A stretch of DNA of 64,000 nucleotides from an uncultured Holophagales bacterium (GCA_963842525.1 CAWJGT010000020.1:64001-128000); one strand, 5' to 3'; counted from the stretch's first letter, positions 1 to 9,739 are shown. Translations and numbers: made by a program. The notes: a model not told the origin generated them from the letters alone.

Positions 1-2
1 GC

Positions 3-713
3 AGCGGCGACCTGGCGCGGGTCAGGCCGGATGGCCATCTCGAGTTTCTGGGGCGGATCGACTTCCAGGTCAAGCTCCGCGGCTTCCGCGTCGAGCTGGG
101 GGAGATCGAGGTCGTCCTCGCCGCACATCCGCGGCTGCGGGAGAGCGCGGTGGCCGTGCGCGAAGACCGCCCGGGAGACCGGCGGCTGGTCGCCTACTTC
201 GTGGCGGACGAGGAGGTCGCTGCGGCCGAGCTGCGCGACTGGCTGCGCGAGCGCCTGCCGGAGCACATGGTGCCGGCGATCTTCGTCCGGCTCGACGCCC
301 TGCCGCTCACAGGCAGTGGAAAGGTTCAGCGCTCAGCCCTGCCCGCGCCCGAGGCCCTGCGCGTCGAGAGCGCCCCCTACGTGGAGCCGCGCACCGCCAT
401 GGAACGGACGATCTCCGCCGTCCTGCGCGAGGTGCTCGGCGTCGACCGCGTGGGCCGTGACGACAACTTCTTCGACCTCGGCGGCCATTCGCTCCTGATG
501 ATCCGGGCGGCTTCGGGCCTCTCGGAGAAACTGAGCCGCAAGGTCCCGGTAATCGATCTCTTCCGCGCCCCGACCGTTGCCTCCCTGGCCCGCCATCTTG
601 CCGCGGAAGGAGACGTCCTGCCCGCTCTCGACCAGCTCGAGCAGCGCGCCGAGACCCGCCGCCAGTCCCTCGGTCGCCGCCGCGAGCTGCGCCAGGGGCG
701 GGCGAAATCCTGA
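3..713 (+). CDS. NRPS, C-terminal fragment (end of adenylation domain plus peptidyl carrier protein); 5' truncated by the window edge
   Basis: Frame from nt 3 reads SGDLARVRPDGHLEFLGRIDFQVKLRGFRVELGEIE (A7/A8 motifs), then LPLTGSGKV (A10) and DNFFDLGGHSL (phosphopantetheine site). No TE domain follows. Confidence 0.93.
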   Translation, partial: SGDLARVRPDGHLEFLGRIDFQVKLRGFRVELGEIEVVLAAHPRLRESAVAVREDRPGDRRLVAYFVADEEVAAAELRDWLRERLPEHMVPAIFVRLDALPLTGSGKVQRSALPAPEALRVESAPYVEPRTAMERTISAVLREVLGVDRVGRDDNFFDLGGHSLLMIRAASGLSEKLSRKVPVIDLFRAPTVASLARHLAAEGDVLPALDQLEQRAETRRQSLGRRRELRQGRAKS

Positions 714-742
714 CCCCATTGGCAGCAAATTAGAGCAACAAG

Positions 743-1120
743 GCCGCAGCGGAGCGTCATAGGTTTGCATCGAATCGGGCTTGACGCGCTGCGAAAAAAG
801 GTCATACTGCTGCGACCCGAGGTCGTGCACGAGCCGCGCACGCTCGCGCCGCTGTGACTCACGGCCGAGTCGCAGCGACGCGAGGATGGTTTGCATCACG
901 CCGACGCAGATTTGCACCGGCACAAGGTAGAGTCGCAGCAAAAAGAGCCCGTGCGCGAGCGGCAGAGGGACGATTGGCAGCGGCTGGAGGTCGAGCACGA
1001 GCGGAAGAGGGTCGCCCGTGCCGTCAAGGGCCTCATTTCGCAGCAAAAAAAGGGCGAGTCACAGCGGCGCGAGGCCGGCTTGCAGCAGCGCGAGGTCGAG
1101 GGCTGCGGAAGAGGGTGAGC
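743..1120. repeat. Degenerate 21-bp-period tandem array (~17-18 units) with an internal inverted repeat
   Basis: Units in register from 743, e.g. gtcgcagcgacgcgaggatgg (869), ttggcagcggctggaggtcga (974), gtcacagcggcgcgaggccgg (1058), cttgcagcagcgcgaggtcga (1079). 843-860 is the exact reverse complement of 1056-1073. Confidence 0.7.
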
Positions 1121-1121
1121 T

Positions 1122-2690
1122 TCAAAGCCGCAGCACTCGGATCCTCCGTCCGCGGTGCTCGACCTCGTTTTCGGAGCAACGATCCGGGGCTGGCGGAGCC
1201 TCGGAGCGGCCGTCGAAGATGATCAGCGTGCCCGTGTCCAGGCCGAGCCGTTCGAGATAGCTGGAGAGCTGCTCGAGGCCCTGCTCCAGTGGATCGGGCC
1301 GGCCATCGCGCCAGACCTTGAGCTCCAGAGCCCAGCGCTGCATGCCGCCCGGATAGGGCCAGCGGATGTGGAGGTCGATACGTCCGCTGCCGACGGCGTA
1401 CTCCCGGTCGATGAAGCCTCCGCCATTGACGACCCGTTGGAGATAGGCCATGAAGACGAGCTGGGCCGCGGCCTCGGAGTAGGGTTGCCGCTGGAGGAAG
1501 AACTCGGCGTGCTCGCACCAGAAGGCGCGGAAATCGGCGAGCAGCTTCTCGAATCTCAGGGTGCCGTCCGGAGCGATGTAGGGCGCGCGAGGCACCGGCA
1601 GGGACTCCTGAACAACCCAGGCCAGAGCACGGGGTATCACCTCGCGGTAGATCGGGTTGGCGATCTCCAGGCCGGCGGGTCCGGACGTGACCAGGCCCAG
1701 GTCCTTGACGAACTGCATATCGTCTTCGAGCAAGTCCGGAGAGAGGAGCTCGCCGGCAAGGATCGGCTCCAGGACCCGGCGAACACGCGGCTCGCGCAGG
1801 CGGTCGATCAGGGAATCGAGATGGGTGTCCCGCCGCTCGATGAGCGCTTCCTTGGCTCGCTCGATATGGCTGGCTTCGATGGCGACGGTGCGATCCGGCA
1901 CCTCCTTGAGCACCGCCTGGCGCGCCAGGGCGTTCACCAGCCAGGGTTGGCCTCGCGTGAGCTCGTAGGCCAGGGACTTCGCTCCTTCGGTGAAGGCCTG
2001 CCCTGTCTCCTCTGTGTGCTGGTCGTAGAGCTCGGCCACCTCTTCCGCGTTAAAGTTGCGTATCGTGAGCGATTCGACCTTGATGTTGAAGGGAGATGAG
2101 GTGCCGAGGCTCTCCGACTCAGACCGCACGCGGATGCGGTAGTCCCGCACGTCCCGCAGGCCGACCAGAGCCACGGACTGGGGAAAGCTGCCAGGGCGGT
2201 CCGAATAGCCGGACCGGAGCTGGCGCAGGACTGACAGAAGAGTATCGTCCTGGAGGGCGTCGATCTCGTCCAGGAAGAGCACCACGGGCCGGGGGGAGCG
2301 TTGGCACCAGTGTGTGAGGTAGGTCAGGAACCGGGTCTCGGCATTGACAGCTTCGAAGCTCTCCACGGGCTCCGGCTGGATCTCAGGCGGGAGCGACCGC
2401 GCCCGTAAAGCAATAGACTGGAGCACCGCGGAGACTCCCTTGTCGATGTCGTTGCGAGCGGTCTGCCCGCTCTCGCAACTGGCATAGAGGGCAGCATAGC
2501 GGCCTTCAGCCGTCAATTTCCCGGCCAAGATCCGCACCGCTGTGGTCTTTCCCGTCTGGCGGGGTGCATGGAGGACGAAGTACAGCTCCTGGTCGATCAG
2601 CGCACGGACCTGGGGCAGCCGGCGCTCCGGCGGCAGCATGTAGTGCTTATCCGGATCGCAGGGACCGGCGGTATTGAAGAAGCGAGCCAT
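1122..2690 (-). CDS. AAA-family ATPase with C-terminal PD-(D/E)XK-like nuclease domain
   Basis: Start MARFFNTAGPC; Walker A HAPRQTGKTT; Walker B VVLFLDEID; C-terminal REYAVGSGRIDL...ALELKVWR. Confidence 0.85.
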   Translation of the reverse strand: MARFFNTAGPCDPDKHYMLPPERRLPQVRALIDQELYFVLHAPRQTGKTTAVRILAGKLTAEGRYAALYASCESGQTARNDIDKGVSAVLQSIALRARSLPPEIQPEPVESFEAVNAETRFLTYLTHWCQRSPRPVVLFLDEIDALQDDTLLSVLRQLRSGYSDRPGSFPQSVALVGLRDVRDYRIRVRSESESLGTSSPFNIKVESLTIRNFNAEEVAELYDQHTEETGQAFTEGAKSLAYELTRGQPWLVNALARQAVLKEVPDRTVAIEASHIERAKEALIERRDTHLDSLIDRLREPRVRRVLEPILAGELLSPDLLEDDMQFVKDLGLVTSGPAGLEIANPIYREVIPRALAWVVQESLPVPRAPYIAPDGTLRFEKLLADFRAFWCEHAEFFLQRQPYSEAAAQLVFMAYLQRVVNGGGFIDREYAVGSGRIDLHIRWPYPGGMQRWALELKVWRDGRPDPLEQGLEQLSSYLERLGLDTGTLIIFDGRSEAPPAPDRCSENEVEHRGRRIRVLRL

Positions 2691-2745
2691 GATCCGCAAC
2701 TGTAGCACCAGCCCTCCGGCATCAAACTGGCATAATACGCAGCGT

Positions 2746-3606
2746 ATGTACGACGAGCTGTTGGAAACCGCCCTGGCGGCTGCACAGGCCGGGGCCGAGG
2801 TGATCAAGCGCTGGTTCCGAGATGCGGATCTGGAGGTGCGGCGCAAGGGACAGAACGACTTCGTCACCCGGGCCGATCAGGAGAGCGAAGCAGCGGTCCT
2901 GGCCGAGATCCGCCGGCGCTATCCAGACCATGGCATCCTCGCCGAGGAAGGGACCGGCAACGAGGCCGTCCGCGGCAGCGACTACCAGTGGCTCGTGGAC
3001 CCGCTGGACGGCACCACCAACTTCCTCCAGGGGCTGCCGGTCTACTGCGTCTCGGTCGCCTGCCGCCGCGGCGACGAGCTGGCCGCCGCCGCCATCGTCG
3101 ATCCCGAGGGCGGCAACATGTTCACGGCCACCCGCGGCGGCGGGGCCTTCTGGAACGGCCGCCGGATGGAAGTCTCGCGCCAGGAGGGGCTCGACGGCTC
3201 CTTTCTCGCCACCGGCTATCCGTTCCGGGCGCTGCCCACGCTCGACGTCTACCTCGCCATCTTCCGCGATGTCTTTCTCCATTCCAAGGCCATCCGGCGC
3301 TGCGGCTCCGCGGCCCTCGACCTCGCCTACACCGCGGCGGGGGTCTACGATGGCTTCTTCGAATTCCGACTCTCGCCTTGGGACATCGGGGCCGGCATCC
3401 TGCTGATCCGCGAGGCCGGCGGGATGGTGACCGACCTCGACGGCGGCCACGCCTACTTCCGGAGCGGCAACATCCTGGCCGGCGGACCGGCCGTGCACGA
3501 GGGGCTCCTCGCCGTCGCGGCGCGCCATGCGAGCGAGGCCGAGATCGACCTGCTGAACCCGATCGCCAACCCCGTCGCGCCGGCCGCCTCCGTGGGGGCT
3601 CCATGA
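2746..3606 (+). CDS. suhB: Inositol monophosphatase family protein
   Basis: DFVTRAD, WLVDPLDGTTNF, GSAALDLAY and WDIGAG motifs. Confidence 0.92.
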   Translation: MYDELLETALAAAQAGAEVIKRWFRDADLEVRRKGQNDFVTRADQESEAAVLAEIRRRYPDHGILAEEGTGNEAVRGSDYQWLVDPLDGTTNFLQGLPVYCVSVACRRGDELAAAAIVDPEGGNMFTATRGGGAFWNGRRMEVSRQEGLDGSFLATGYPFRALPTLDVYLAIFRDVFLHSKAIRRCGSAALDLAYTAAGVYDGFFEFRLSPWDIGAGILLIREAGGMVTDLDGGHAYFRSGNILAGGPAVHEGLLAVAARHASEAEIDLLNPIANPVAPAASVGAP

Positions 3607-4685
3607 GGCTCTTCGGCCGCCGCTTCGAGCATGCCCCCACGCCCGAAGCGAGCTGGAGCCTCGAGGTCCAGATCCATCCCGGCGACATCCGCAAGCGGGT
3701 CCGCTATCTCTTCCTCTCGCGGATCCAGGTCACCCTCCTGTCGATCGTCGCTCTGACCTATCTGTTCCTTCTGGCCTTCACCGCCGCGGTCGCTCCCGGC
3801 GTCGTCGGCGGCATGCTGAACCGCCACGAATACCAGGCCCTGGCTGTCGAGCGCGCCCGCCAGGGAGAGCGGGTCCAGGCCCTCGTCGAACGCCTGGAGC
3901 GCCTCGCGGAGCGCACCGACGGTTTGCGCCAGCAGATGGACAAGATCTTCCTCGCCTATGGCGTGCCCCAGGGCCGGGCCGCCGGCCAGGGAGGTTTTCC
4001 TTTTACGGCGGCGCCGGTGCCCGCATCCATCTACTCCCAGGCGATCCAGCAGGGCAACCGCGTACGTGCCCGCGCCGGCGAGCGGCTGACGGTGCTCGAG
4101 AGCTATCTGACCGAGCTGCGACAGTTCGAGCGTGAGCACCCGGACCAGGTGCGTGCGACACCATCGGTCTCCCCGCTGCGTGGGGACTTCGTGCTGATCA
4201 GCTCTTTCCGCACCCGCCGCAGCCCCTTCACCGGCGAGCTCGACTTCCACACCGGGTTCGACCTCGCCGCTCCGCTCGGCACTCCAATCCACGCTCCCGC
4301 CGACGGGATCGTCTCCTTCGCGGGCCTCTATCCCATGGGGCGCAGCGCGGCCTGGTGGCGCTACGGCAACCTCGTGGCCCTGCGTCATGGCGACATCTTC
4401 GTGACCGTGTTCGGCCATTGCGAGGAGATCCGCGTCCGCCCCGGCCAGAGGGTGAGCCGCGGCGACGTCATCGCCACGGTGGGCAACACCGGCTGGAGCA
4501 CGAGCCCGCACGTTCACTACGAGATCCGCCGCCAAGGGGCGGACGGGGAATTCCGGCCGATCGATCCGGTGGTCCACATCCTGGATCACCACTGGCAGAA
4601 CGAGGACGACCGGTCACTCCTGCGTGCGCGGAGCGGCCCCCTCCGCAGCGGCTACGAGCCACTGCCGCCCGGATTCGCGAAATGA
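3603..4685 (+). CDS. M23 family metallopeptidase with N-terminal TM helix and coiled coil
   Basis: ATGA overlap with suhB; HTGFDLAAP, YGN, GQRVSRGDVIATVGNTG and HVHYE motifs. Confidence 0.9.
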   Translation: MRLFGRRFEHAPTPEASWSLEVQIHPGDIRKRVRYLFLSRIQVTLLSIVALTYLFLLAFTAAVAPGVVGGMLNRHEYQALAVERARQGERVQALVERLERLAERTDGLRQQMDKIFLAYGVPQGRAAGQGGFPFTAAPVPASIYSQAIQQGNRVRARAGERLTVLESYLTELRQFEREHPDQVRATPSVSPLRGDFVLISSFRTRRSPFTGELDFHTGFDLAAPLGTPIHAPADGIVSFAGLYPMGRSAAWWRYGNLVALRHGDIFVTVFGHCEEIRVRPGQRVSRGDVIATVGNTGWSTSPHVHYEIRRQGADGEFRPIDPVVHILDHHWQNEDDRSLLRARSGPLRSGYEPLPPGFAK

Positions 4686-5482
4686 GGGCTCCTGCCGACG
4701 ACGTCGCGCCGACGATGCTCATCCCCCGGGGCACCCGGATCGAGCTGGACGCCGACGGACAGCTCTCGATCCACGCCCCCGGCAACCTGGTGGTCCAGAG
4801 CTCGGGCAAGTACGGAACCCTGGAGTCCATGACCGGTTCGATCCGCATCGACCGCGGGGCCGAGGTCGAAGCTGTGACGGTCCGCTGCGCCGACACCTGT
4901 TATGTGCAGGGATTCCTGACCGCCTGGAAGGTCTCCGCCCGGTCGCTCCAGCTCGAGGGCTCGGCGCGCGCCCACGTGGTCCTCCAGGAAACGCAGCGTC
5001 TGGAGATCGGCCGGGACGCGCGGCTGGTGGGCAATTTTTCCTCCGAGAAGGAACTCTTCGGCCTCTTCTCCCGCTTCGCCCATCAGCTCCGTTCGATCCC
5101 GCTCTTCTTCGACCGGCGGCAGGCCCCGGCCGAGCTGCCCCCCGCGCGCGAGGACCAGCGCGGGGAGCGCAGTGATCGCCACGATCGGAACGATGAGACG
5201 ATTGACATCCGGCCGCCGGGCAAGCCGGCCTCGCAACTTCCGGAGCCGCTCCTGCTCGCCATGGTCCTCCTCGAGCGCGAGGCCGAGCGCCGGATCCATC
5301 CCATCGCCGCCCAGCGTGCCCTCGACCAGCTCATCGAGCTCCTCCAGCAGCAGGACCTCGACACCCTGGAGCACACCTGGCGCCTCCTCTTCCGCCGCAT
5401 CGCCGAGCCCCGCGAGCACGTCAAGCGGGCCTACGAGCTGGTGGGGGAGCACTACGCGGACGCCTCGGCCCAGGGCAGCTAG
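4682..5482 (+). CDS. Hypothetical protein with a bactofilin-like (beta-helix) N-terminal region
   Basis: ATGA overlap with the M23 gene; alternating hydrophobic/Gly beta pattern (GSIRIDRGAEVEAVTVRC..CYVQG..LEIGRDARLVGN). Confidence 0.55.
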   Translation: MRAPADDVAPTMLIPRGTRIELDADGQLSIHAPGNLVVQSSGKYGTLESMTGSIRIDRGAEVEAVTVRCADTCYVQGFLTAWKVSARSLQLEGSARAHVVLQETQRLEIGRDARLVGNFSSEKELFGLFSRFAHQLRSIPLFFDRRQAPAELPPAREDQRGERSDRHDRNDETIDIRPPGKPASQLPEPLLLAMVLLEREAERRIHPIAAQRALDQLIELLQQQDLDTLEHTWRLLFRRIAEPREHVKRAYELVGEHYADASAQGS

Positions 5483-5609
5483 GATCCGGCGTACCCGCTG
5501 ACACCCGCTGACTACCGGGCTGGAGAACGCATCCCCGGCCTGCTAGACTCTGCCGGCTCCACCCGAGCCGGCTTCCTGGACGTGGTTTCCCATTTGAGAG
5601 GAGCTCCTG

Positions 5610-6476
5610 ATGAGTGACATTTGTATCGGTGTGATCGGCGGCAGCGGTCTGTACGCCATGGAAGGGCTGCAGGTCCGGGAGGAGAGGCGCATCACGACGC
5701 CGTTCGGCGATCCCTCCGACGCTTATGTCATCGGCGAGCTCGAAGGGCGGCTGGTCGCTTTCCTGCCCCGCCACGGCCGCGGCCACCGGCTCTTGCCCAC
5801 CGAGCTCAACTACCGGGCGAACGTCTTCGGTTTCAAGCTCCTGGGCGTCGAGCAGATCGTCTCGGTCTCCGCCGTGGGCTCGATGAAGATCGAATACAAG
5901 CCGACCGACATCGTCGTCCCCGACCAGTTCTTCGACCGCACCCGGCACCGCCAGGACACCTTCTTCGGCAACGGCCTGGTTGCCCACGTCTCCCTGGCGC
6001 GGCCGATCTGCCCGCGGCTGATCGACCCGTTCGTCGACGCGGCCCGCGCCGCCGGCGCCACGGTCCACCGCGGCGGCACCTACCTCAATATGGAGGGGCC
6101 GCAGTTCTCGACCCGGGCCGAGTCGGAGATCTACCGCCAGTGGGGGATCGACATCATCGGCATGACCAACCTGACCGAGGCGCGCCTCGCCCGCGAGGCC
6201 GAGATCTGCTACGCCACGCTCGCCATGGTCACCGACTACGACTGCTGGCACGAGCACGAGGTCACCGGCCAGGAGGTCATGCAGGTGGTGGCCCAGAACG
6301 TGAAAATGTCGCAGGAGGTGGTGCGGCAGATCGTCAGCCGCATCCCGGAAGAGCGGCCGGCCGACTGCCTGTGCGCCAGGGCTCTCGCAGAGTCGCTCAT
6401 CACGGAGCGGTCCCTGATCCCCGAGGAGACGAAGCGGTCTCTCCAGCCCCTCATCGGGAGGTACATCCCGGTTTGA
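5610..6476 (+). CDS. mtnP: S-methyl-5'-thioadenosine phosphorylase
   Basis: IGVIGGSG, FLPRHGRGH, EGPQFSTRAES, GMT and VTDYDCW motifs. Confidence 0.93.
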   Translation: MSDICIGVIGGSGLYAMEGLQVREERRITTPFGDPSDAYVIGELEGRLVAFLPRHGRGHRLLPTELNYRANVFGFKLLGVEQIVSVSAVGSMKIEYKPTDIVVPDQFFDRTRHRQDTFFGNGLVAHVSLARPICPRLIDPFVDAARAAGATVHRGGTYLNMEGPQFSTRAESEIYRQWGIDIIGMTNLTEARLAREAEICYATLAMVTDYDCWHEHEVTGQEVMQVVAQNVKMSQEVVRQIVSRIPEERPADCLCARALAESLITERSLIPEETKRSLQPLIGRYIPV

Positions 6477-7279
6477 CCCGCATCCTGGTGACCAACGACG
6501 ACGGGATCTTCTCCGAAGGGATCCGCTGCCTGGCCGAGGCGCTGGCCGAGCTGGCGGAGGTCGTCGTCGTGGCGCCCGACCGCGAGCAGAGCGCCACGGG
6601 CCATGCCCTCACCCTGTCGCGGCCCCTGCGCATGCAGAAGGTCCGCGAGAGCTGGTACGCGGTGGACGGCACGCCCACCGACTGCGTCAACCTGGGCGTC
6701 CTCGGGCTGCTCAAGGAGAAACGGCCGGACTTCGTGGCCTCCGGCATCAACTTCGGGCCGAACCTGGGCGACGACGTGACCTATTCGGGTACGGTGAGCG
6801 CCACGTTCGAAGGGACGCTCCTGGGCATTCCCTCGGTCGCCTTCAGCCAGGAGATCTCGGAGGGGTTCTCGTTCGGCCCCGCGGCGGTGTTTGCGCGCGA
6901 CCTCTTCCGCATCCTGATCGAGACCAAAGAGGAGCTGCCGCGCGACCTGCTGCTCAACGTCAACGTCCCGGCCGGCGGCATCCGCGGCGTGCGCTTCACC
7001 CGGCTGGGGCGGCGGGTCTACAAGCAGTCGGTCATCGAGAAGCTCGACCCGCGCGGTCGCAAGTACTACTGGATTCATGGCGTGCCGCAATGGGAGCAGG
7101 CCAGCGGCACCGATTTCGAGGCCATCTCGCTCGGCCACGCCTCGGTGACACCGCTCCATCTCGACCTCACCTACTACCCCGGCCTGGAGAGCTTCGCCCA
7201 CCTCCACGAGAAGCTCTCCGGCCTCCGCTTCGCGGACTACGGGCCCGCCGGCTCGGAGCCGGCCCGCCGGTCCGAATGA
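6473..7279 (+). CDS. surE: 5'/3'-nucleotidase SurE
   Basis: TTG start overlapping the mtnP stop; RILVTNDDG, GTPTDCV, SGINFGPNLG and YSGTV motifs. Confidence 0.95.
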   Translation: MTRILVTNDDGIFSEGIRCLAEALAELAEVVVVAPDREQSATGHALTLSRPLRMQKVRESWYAVDGTPTDCVNLGVLGLLKEKRPDFVASGINFGPNLGDDVTYSGTVSATFEGTLLGIPSVAFSQEISEGFSFGPAAVFARDLFRILIETKEELPRDLLLNVNVPAGGIRGVRFTRLGRRVYKQSVIEKLDPRGRKYYWIHGVPQWEQASGTDFEAISLGHASVTPLHLDLTYYPGLESFAHLHEKLSGLRFADYGPAGSEPARRSE

Positions 7280-7283
7280 GCCG

Positions 7284-7943
7284 ATGAGCGACCCTTTCGC
7301 CGTCCAGCGCGAGCGGATGGTGCGCGACCTGATCGCCGCCCGGGGCGTCAAGGACGAGCGGGTCCTCGGGGCGCTCCGTTGGGCGCCGCGGCACCTGTTC
7401 GTCAAGGACCACCTGCAGCGCCAGGCCTACGGCGACCACGCACTGCCGATCGGCGCCGGGCAGACGATCTCGCAGCCCTATATCGTGGCGCGCATGACCG
7501 AGCTGCTGGAGGTCAGCCCGGAGCATTCCGTGCTGGAGATCGGCACCGGCTCGGGCTATCAAACGGCCGTCCTCGCCCGGCTCGCGCGCTGGGTCTACAG
7601 CCTGGAGCGCATTCCCGAGCTGGCTCGCGACGCGATCCCGCGCATGCGCCAGCTCGGCCTCGCCAACGTCAAGATCCAGGTCTTCGACGGCACGGTGGGA
7701 TGGAGCGAGTGGGCGCCCTACGACCGCATCCTGGTGACGGCCGGAGCTCCCAAGGTGCCGGAGCCGCTCCTCGGGCAGCTCGCTCCCGGCGGCGTCCTGC
7801 TCGTCCCCGAAGGGCCGTTCAACGCCCAGAAGCTCGTGGTCTACCGCAAGTCGGCCCGCGGCGGCATGCGGCGCAGCGAAGGGGAGGACGTGGCCTTCGT
7901 GCCGCTGCTCGGCCGCCACGGCTGGAAGGAGCCGCCGAAATGA
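7284..7943 (+). CDS. pcm: Protein-L-isoaspartate O-methyltransferase
   Basis: QTISQPYIVA, VLEIGTGSGYQ and APYDRILVTA motifs; surE-pcm synteny. Confidence 0.95.
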   Translation: MSDPFAVQRERMVRDLIAARGVKDERVLGALRWAPRHLFVKDHLQRQAYGDHALPIGAGQTISQPYIVARMTELLEVSPEHSVLEIGTGSGYQTAVLARLARWVYSLERIPELARDAIPRMRQLGLANVKIQVFDGTVGWSEWAPYDRILVTAGAPKVPEPLLGQLAPGGVLLVPEGPFNAQKLVVYRKSARGGMRRSEGEDVAFVPLLGRHGWKEPPK

Positions 7944-8212
7944 GGGCGGTCCGTCTGGTGCTCCGCGGGCGTGTGCAAGGAGTGGGCTTTCGCTGGTTCA
8001 CCCGCCACGCGGCCCGCGAGTTGGGGATCGCGGGCCGGGTGCGCAACCTGCCGGACGGGGCGGTGGAGGTGCACGCCGCCGCCGACCCGGAGACGCTGGC
8101 ACAGTTCGTCGAACGGCTGCGCGAAGGGCCGCCGGGCTCGCGGGTCACCGCCGTCGACGAGCAGGAGCTGGCCACCGTCCCCGACGGGGACGGCTTCGAT
8201 ATTGAACGCTAG
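7940..8212 (+). CDS. acyP: Acylphosphatase
   Basis: GRVQGVGFR and GRVRNLPDGAVE motifs; ATGA overlap with pcm. Confidence 0.92.
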   Translation: MRAVRLVLRGRVQGVGFRWFTRHAARELGIAGRVRNLPDGAVEVHAAADPETLAQFVERLREGPPGSRVTAVDEQELATVPDGDGFDIER

Positions 8213-8229
8213 AGGACCGCTAGAGGGAG

Positions 8230-8760
8230 ATGGAGAGTATGGACGACCTGAAGAAGCACATCCGCGAGGTGCCGGACTTCCCGAAGCCGGGCATCCTCTT
8301 CTACGACATCACCACCCTGCTGCAGCACCCGCTGGCGCTGCGCAAGACGGTCGACCAGTTCGTCTGGTTTTTCTCCGAGAGGAACATCGACAAGGTCGTC
8401 GGCATCGAGTCCCGCGGCTTCATGTTCGGGCCCATCGTGGCCTACGACCTGAACGCCGGCTTCGTGCCGGTGCGCAAGCCGGGCAAGCTGCCGTGGGAGA
8501 AGATCCGCGAGACGTACGAGCTCGAGTACGGCAACGACACCCTGGAGATGCACCGCGATGCCATCCAGCCGGGGGAGCACGTGCTGGTCGTCGACGACCT
8601 GGTGGCGACCGGCGGCACGGCGCTCGCCACGGCGCGCATGGTCGAGAAGCTCGGCGGCAAGGTCGCAGGCTTCGGTTTCATCGTCGAGCTGACGTTCCTC
8701 GACGGGCGCAAAAAGCTGGAGGCGGCAGGATACGAGGTCGCTTCGCTGATTCAGTATTGA
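8230..8760 (+). CDS. apt: Adenine phosphoribosyltransferase
   Basis: [21 protein letters not shown] and [13 protein letters not shown] motifs. Confidence 0.95.
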   Translation: MESMDDLKKHIREVPDFPKPGILFYDITTLLQHPLALRKTVDQFVWFFSERNIDKVVGIESRGFMFGPIVAYDLNAGFVPVRKPGKLPWEKIRETYELEYGNDTLEMHRDAIQPGEHVLVVDDLVATGGTALATARMVEKLGGKVAGFGFIVELTFLDGRKKLEAAGYEVASLIQY

Positions 8761-8802
8761 CGATGCAAAGCGGACGAGGGAAGGCGCCGGAGGCGGTTGG
8801 GT

Positions 8803-8808
8803 TATAAT
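8803..8808 (+). promoter_or_regulatory. Putative sigma70 -10 hexamer for the tRNA
   Basis: TATAAT ending 13 nt before the tRNA 5' end in a GC-rich context. Confidence 0.5.
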
Positions 8809-8821
8809 CCCGGCCGCCTGT

Positions 8822-8898
8822 GCGGCTATAGCTCAGGTGGACAGAGCAGGAGTTTCCTAAACTCTTGGTCGGGGGTTCGAGTCCTCCTAGCCGCACCA
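8822..8898 (+). tRNA. tRNA-Arg(CCT)
   Basis: Acceptor stem GCGGCTA/TAGCCGC, D arm GCTC..GAGC, anticodon loop TT-CCT-AA, T loop TTCGAGT, encoded CCA end. Confidence 0.95.
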
Positions 8899-8953
8899 AT
8901 CCTGACGCTTCGGCCCTGTTCCAAGACAGGACAACTTTTCGGGAGTCTGTTTG

Positions 8954-9739
8954 ATGAGCCAACGTCTGACCCGCAAGGAGATCAAGCGCGACGAATTCAC
9001 GTCCGTCATGGGACGGGGTGTCGAGTATGCCGAGACCCACATCCGGACGATGATGCTCGCGATCGGCGCTGTCGTTGCCGCCGTCTTGATCAGTTTCGTG
9101 ATCTACCTCCTCCTCGGCATGCGTTCCGAGAAGGCCAACGAGGCCCTGGCGCGCGCGATCAAGGTCTATAACGCGCCGGTCGAAGCCACCGGTGCAAAGC
9201 CGGACGATCCGAAGTCCCCGAGCTTCGCCGACGAAGCGGCCCGGACGGCACGCGCCAAGGCGCTGTTCGAGGCGGTCCGCGACGACTATGGCATGAGCGA
9301 CGCGGCCGATGTGGCAGGCCTCTACCTCGCCCAGGTCGCGGTGTCCGAAGGCAATCTCGACCAGGCGCGCAAGCTGTGGACCGACTTCGTGGACGACCAC
9401 GGCGACAGCCTCCTCGCCGGCGAGGCGCGGATCAACCTGATCCACCTCGACCGCCAACAGGGCAAGGGGCAGGACCTGGCCCAGCGTCTCAAGACGATGC
9501 TGGAGGAGCAGGAGCCGCCGCTGCCCAAGGACGTGCTCTTGAACGAGCTGGGCCAGACCCTCGAGCAGCTCGGCCGCCGGGAGGAGGCCGCCCAGGCGTA
9601 CCGCCAGATCGTCGACGACTACCCGCAGTCCCGCTACCGCGGCGAGGCGCAGCAGAAGCTCTCCGCTCTCGATCCCACGCGGGCCGGGGGCGGCGCCGGC
9701 ACCCCCATGCAGGCGATCCCCGGCTTCCCGGGCTCCTGA
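8954..9739 (+). CDS. Membrane-anchored TPR protein (YfgM-like)
   Basis: LTRKEIKRDEF N-terminus, single TM helix, then TPR-like helices. Confidence 0.75.
   Translation: MSQRLTRKEIKRDEFTSVMGRGVEYAETHIRTMMLAIGAVVAAVLISFVIYLLLGMRSEKANEALARAIKVYNAPVEATGAKPDDPKSPSFADEAARTARAKALFEAVRDDYGMSDAADVAGLYLAQVAVSEGNLDQARKLWTDFVDDHGDSLLAGEARINLIHLDRQQGKGQDLAQRLKTMLEEQEPPLPKDVLLNELGQTLEQLGRREEAAQAYRQIVDDYPQSRYRGEAQQKLSALDPTRAGGGAGTPMQAIPGFPGS

Noticed and set aside
8822-8898. tRNA as an integration site for an island or prophage
   Set aside because: I saw no duplicated tRNA 3' end, integrase or phage genes; the flanking genes are housekeeping.
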